Below, in pieces: positions 61,905 through 64,000 of a stretch of DNA of 64,000 nt. The position numbers were made by a program, and so were the translations under genes. Origin of the DNA: Octopus sinensis (Eukaryota); NCBI RefSeq assembly GCF_006345805.1, contig NC_043003.1, forward strand, positions 1,736,001-1,800,000, in the 5' to 3' direction. The notes beneath the pieces are model-generated. The model saw nothing but the letters and a program-made list of their open reading frames with translations. It was not told where the DNA came from and searched no databases. Within the stretch, counting starts at the first letter, position 1; each line of letters opens with the position of its first letter.

Positions 61905-62530
61905 AAAGTGGCAAGCTGGCAGAATCGTTAGCATGCTGGACGACGAAATGCTTAGTGGGATTTCGTCTGTTGCTACATTCTGAGTTCAAATTCCGCCGAG
62001 GTCGACTTTGCCTTTCATCCTTTCAGGGGTCAATAAATTAAGTACCAGTTGAGTACTGAGGTCGATGTAATCGACTTACCCTCTCCCCCCAAATTCCAGG
62101 ACTTGTGCCTATAGTAGAAAGGATTATTAAAGTGGCAAGTTGGCAGAATCATTATCACGCTGGACGAAATGCTTAGCGGTATTTCGTCTGTCTTTACGTT
62201 CTGAGTTCAAATTCCACCGAGGTCAACTTTGCCTTTAATCCTTTCAGGGTCGATTAAATAAGTACCAGTTACACACTGGGGTCAATATAATCAACTTAAT
62301 CCGTTTGTCTGTCCTTGTTTGTCCACCCTATGTTTAGCCCCTTGTGGGTAGTAAAGAAATAGGTATTTCGCCAATCCCAACAATCTGAGTTCAAATTCCA
62401 CCAAGGTTGACTTTGCCTTTCATCCTTTCAGGGGGTCAATAAATTAAGTACCAGTTACACACTGGGGTCAATCTAATCAACTTATCCCCATCCCCAAAAT
62501 TTCAGGCCTTGTGCCTATAGTAGAAATGAT
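61905..62530 (+). mobile_element. Three adjacent copies of tRNA-derived SINE family 2 (others at 19330 +, 30340 -, 39955 -, 53480 +, 57600 -)
   Basis: Repeated GAGTTCAAATTCCGCCGAGGTCGACTTTGCCTTTCATCCTTTC...GGTCGAT...AAGTACCAG. Confidence 0.85.
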
Positions 62531-64000
62531 TTTATCTGTGGTCCTTTCAAAGATTTCTGGTCTTGATTGTTTTTGTATTTGGTTTGCAGGATCCTTTATG
62601 TGAATTCCTGTGTTGAAACAAATCTCCGTGTCTTGGGAGTGTCATTACACCAATATGAATAACACATGCACCGGTGTGAGTGTTTATTTAATATTGGCAG
62701 AAAGACTCTTCCTAGCTAATTCCCGTATCTACCTTCCCCTTTTCTTCTTTCCTAGTAGGTAGGTTCCCTAGAGGCCAGTCAGACAAATGTTATGTTTTAA
62801 CCGAGGAGAATATTACACAAGTGCTCTCTTACACAATTACTTGAAACATGTATATTAGATGCATTCAAAATATCAACATTTGGTTTTTGTCTTTATGACA
62901 TATATTGATTCCATTCCATATTCCATAACAATCTGTTAAGTCCTTGGCTTCAATTACATGATTAATATAGCAAAAATTTAGGAGTGGCGTGTTTTACTGG
63001 ATCCATCATTATCATTTAACATCCATTTTCCATGTTTGCATGGGTCAGACAGTTTGATAGGAGCTGGTAAGACTGGGAGCTGCACCAGGCTCCATTGTCA
63101 GTTTTTGCATGGTTTCTACAACTGGATGCCCTTCCTAACACTAACTATTTTACAGAGTGTACTGGGTGCTTTTTGGACCCAAGTCAAAAAATTCTGGTAA
63201 AGTGCATCAAAACAGACCCTTCTCTCCCTCGATGTAAATATTACTCCACAGCTTTAACTTGCAACTGAATAAACTTGGTAATGTGCCATGCTTTTCCTAA
63301 TTGTTTTCAGTGCCTTTGTAATTGCAAGAAGACAGACATCTCAACTGCCTTGAACCCAGTAGAATAACCAGAATAACACAGCTGGAAGGAAGGACGGCTG
63401 CACCAACACTGAGCTGGCACTCATTCTCAGCAACATGAAATAAAGTGCCTTGCTCAAGGAAACAAGACACTGCCTGGTCTAGTAATTGAACCCATGACCT
63501 CACAATCCTAACACACTAACCACCAAGCCACAGATCGTCTCCTACATACATACATACATATATGGTTGTGTGGTTAAGGATAAGTGCAGGCATGGCTGTA
63601 TGATTAAGAAGCTCACTTTGCAACCATGTGGTTCTGGGTTCAGTCCCAGCACGCAGCACCATAGGTAAGTATCTTATACTACAGTCCCCAGTCGACCAAT
63701 ACTCTGTGAATGAATTTAGTAGACAGAAACTCTGTGTGTGTGTGTTTCTTTGCCCACCACCTCATGACAAATCGGTGTCGGTTTACTTACGTCCCCGTAA
63801 TATAGCGATTCGGCAACAGTGACCGGTAGGGGTCGATTTGTACGACTAAAACCGTTCAACGAGATGCCCCAGCGTGGCCACAGTCCAATGACTAAAACAA
63901 GTAAATAGTCAAACACACACACGCACGTATACTTCTTCTATAAACGGTTGAGAGTTACAATATAAACAGTACATTTGTTTATAACGACCAACTTTCGAGT

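Overview
Repeat-saturated, AT-rich animal genomic DNA. The tRNA-SINE, RTE-LINE and microsatellite content points to an octopus or other coleoid cephalopod (inference). One host gene is supportable: a TTC17 (tetratricopeptide repeat protein 17) orthologue on the minus strand. Eight coding exons lie between 28573 and about 3723 with GT-AG boundaries and consistent phases; the last donor is uncertain. The first coding exon and all later exons were not found. The rest is mobile DNA: 5'-truncated RTE LINEs and dozens of their 3' tails, CR1-like fragments, at least three tRNA-derived SINE families, two sister non-autonomous piggyBac elements, hAT MITEs with 8-bp TSDs, DD37D and mariner relics, and a pogo/Tigger-like MITE. 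The most unusual signal is a recurrent head-to-head palindromic element at three loci (about 29.3-29.7, 48.2-48.8 and 53.9-54.55 kb). Each arm reads tRNA-like Pol III head, (AAT)n, body, minimal Penelope-type type I hammerhead ribozyme, tail. The arms meet at a small central hairpin, and one copy is flanked by an apparent TSD. A second hammerhead family and several long perfect or near-perfect inverted repeats also occur. Everything was read by eye; no alignments, searches or folding programs were run.
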